This document shows, in pieces, positions 1 through 258 of a DNA stretch of 258 nucleotides. Source of the DNA: a phage. Numbering within the stretch: the stretch's first letter is position 1; each line of letters begins with the position of its first letter. The DNA is taken from sequence record BH153129.1. One strand, 5' to 3'. The notes beneath the pieces were generated by a model. It was given only the letters and a program-made list of their open reading frames with translations. It did no database searches and had not been told where the DNA came from. The translations under genes and the position numbers were made by a program.

Positions 1-3
1 TTT

Positions 4-29
4 AAAAAAGCTTACATAAGTCAGGTAAG
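4..29 (-). terminator. Candidate intrinsic (rho-independent) terminator: 5-bp stem, 9-nt loop, then T6 on the minus strand
   Basis: Seen in sequence: on the minus strand the arms CTTAC (complement of 25-29) and GTAAG (complement of 11-15) flank a 9-nt loop, followed by one C and then TTTTTT (complement of 4-9). It begins 10 nt after the TGA of the minus-strand ORF. Weak point: the stem is only 5 bp with 2 G:C pairs, whereas typical intrinsic terminators have longer GC-rich stems. Confidence 0.25.
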
Positions 30-39
30 GAAGGGACAG

Positions 40-192
40 TCAAGCCAGGGTAAGACCTTTGACTTTATAAGTATGCCGTAGCTCAGTTCTATTTTGTCCT
101 AGTATGTAGCGCGGTATATTATGGTTAGTGCTAATTTCATTTGATGCAATAGCGGTCATGGTAGTCGTGGAAATAGTATTGGTAGCGCCCAT
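40..192 (-). CDS. Hypothetical small protein, 50 aa, Thr/Asn-rich (MGATNTISTTTMTAIASNEISTNHNIPRYILGQNRTELRHTYKVKGLTLA); no recognisable family
   Basis: Seen in sequence: longest ORF in the window. ATG is the complement of 190-192 and the TGA stop is the complement of 40-42; the open frame extends upstream to 225. Against: no AGGAGG-like Shine-Dalgarno within 5-12 nt upstream of the ATG (upstream minus-strand sequence is ...gttaccagcgggc), no convincing promoter, low-complexity composition, and a 50-60 codon open frame is within chance expectation for a window this size. For: a hairpin plus T-tract lies just downstream. Confidence 0.2.
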   Translation of the reverse strand: MGATNTISTTTMTAIASNEISTNHNIPRYILGQNRTELRHTYKVKGLTLA

Positions 193-199
193 GCCCGCT

Positions 200-210
200 G
201 GTAACTTACC
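200..210. repeat. 11-bp interrupted palindrome GGTAA-C-TTACC (5-1-5 inverted repeat), function unknown
   Basis: Seen in sequence: half-sites 200-204 (GGTAA) and 206-210 (TTACC) are exact reverse complements around a central C at 205. It lies 8-18 nt upstream of the minus-strand ORF ATG, so it could be an operator-like dyad. A 5-1-5 perfect dyad occurs by chance in roughly one of four windows of this size, so the confidence refers to functional relevance, not to its presence. Confidence 0.15.
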
Positions 211-258
211 TAGATAAAAGAGTGCCTATCATTGTCCAAGGTTATAGGTCGTGTAGGT

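Noticed and set aside
1-13. DraI (TTTAAA, 1-6) and HindIII (AAGCTT, 8-13) sites at the window edge, which might mark a cloning junction
   Set aside because: Six-cutter sites occur by chance at this frequency and there is no vector-like sequence to support an artificial junction.
27-36. Purine-rich Shine-Dalgarno-like tract AAGGAAGGGA
   Set aside because: No ATG, GTG or TTG start codon lies 5-12 nt downstream in an open frame; on the minus strand this region is simply the pyrimidine-rich spacer between the ORF stop and the hairpin.
59-71. Sigma70-like hexamers TTGACT (59-64) and TATAAG (66-71)
   Set aside because: They are separated by only 1 bp instead of about 17, and there is no matching partner hexamer at the correct spacing for either one, so this is not a functional -35/-10 pair.
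1-81. Frame +1 open from the window edge to TAG at 79-81 (FKKAYISQVRKGQSSQGKTFDFISMP), a possible 3' end of an upstream gene
   Set aside because: Only 26 codons, which has a high chance probability of being stop-free, and no supporting signal; it cannot be evaluated without upstream sequence.
76-110. tRNA-like motif TAGCTCAGTT (79-88), resembling the 5' D-arm of many bacterial tRNAs
   Set aside because: There is no complementary GAGC for the D-stem downstream, no 7-bp acceptor stem pairing, and no T-loop GTTCRANYC-like motif at the right distance on either strand; it cannot be folded into a cloverleaf by eye. tRNAscan-SE or Infernal would settle it.
94-120. Possible promoter: TTGTCC (94-99) with TATATT (115-120) upstream of a 7-codon ATG ORF at 121-144
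   Set aside because: The -35 match is poor (4 of 6), the spacer is 15 bp, and the downstream ORF is only 7 codons with no Shine-Dalgarno; AT-rich hexamers like this arise readily by chance.
229-258. Minus-strand frame open from the right edge to a TGA (complement of 229-231), a possible 3' end of a gene entering from beyond position 258
   Set aside because: Only 9 codons are inside the window, which is uninformative.
1-258. CRISPR array, insertion-sequence ends or integron attC-like sites
   Set aside because: No direct repeats of 24-40 bp with regular spacing and no terminal inverted repeats of IS-like length; the only inverted repeats are the 5-bp arms noted above.

Overview
This 258-bp window contains nothing I can assign to a known gene family, RNA gene, mobile element or CRISPR array from sequence alone, and I cannot support a claim of a novel system. 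By manual tally the window is about 41% GC (A71 T80 G65 C42), with the + strand G- and T-rich, and stop codons are dense in five of six frames. The only gene-like unit is a 50-codon ATG-to-TGA ORF on the minus strand (40-192), followed 10 nt downstream by a weak hairpin and T6 tract (4-29). That ORF has no Shine-Dalgarno sequence or promoter, and an ORF of this length is expected by chance fairly often. Other observations are a plus-strand antisense mini-ORF encoding a hydrophobic peptide, a recurring GGTAAG motif that matches the eukaryotic 5' splice-site consensus (with a possible short GT-AG intron at 25-102), an 11-bp interrupted palindrome, and short imperfect direct repeats. All calls are low confidence; counts and coordinates were derived by hand and no database search or folding was run.
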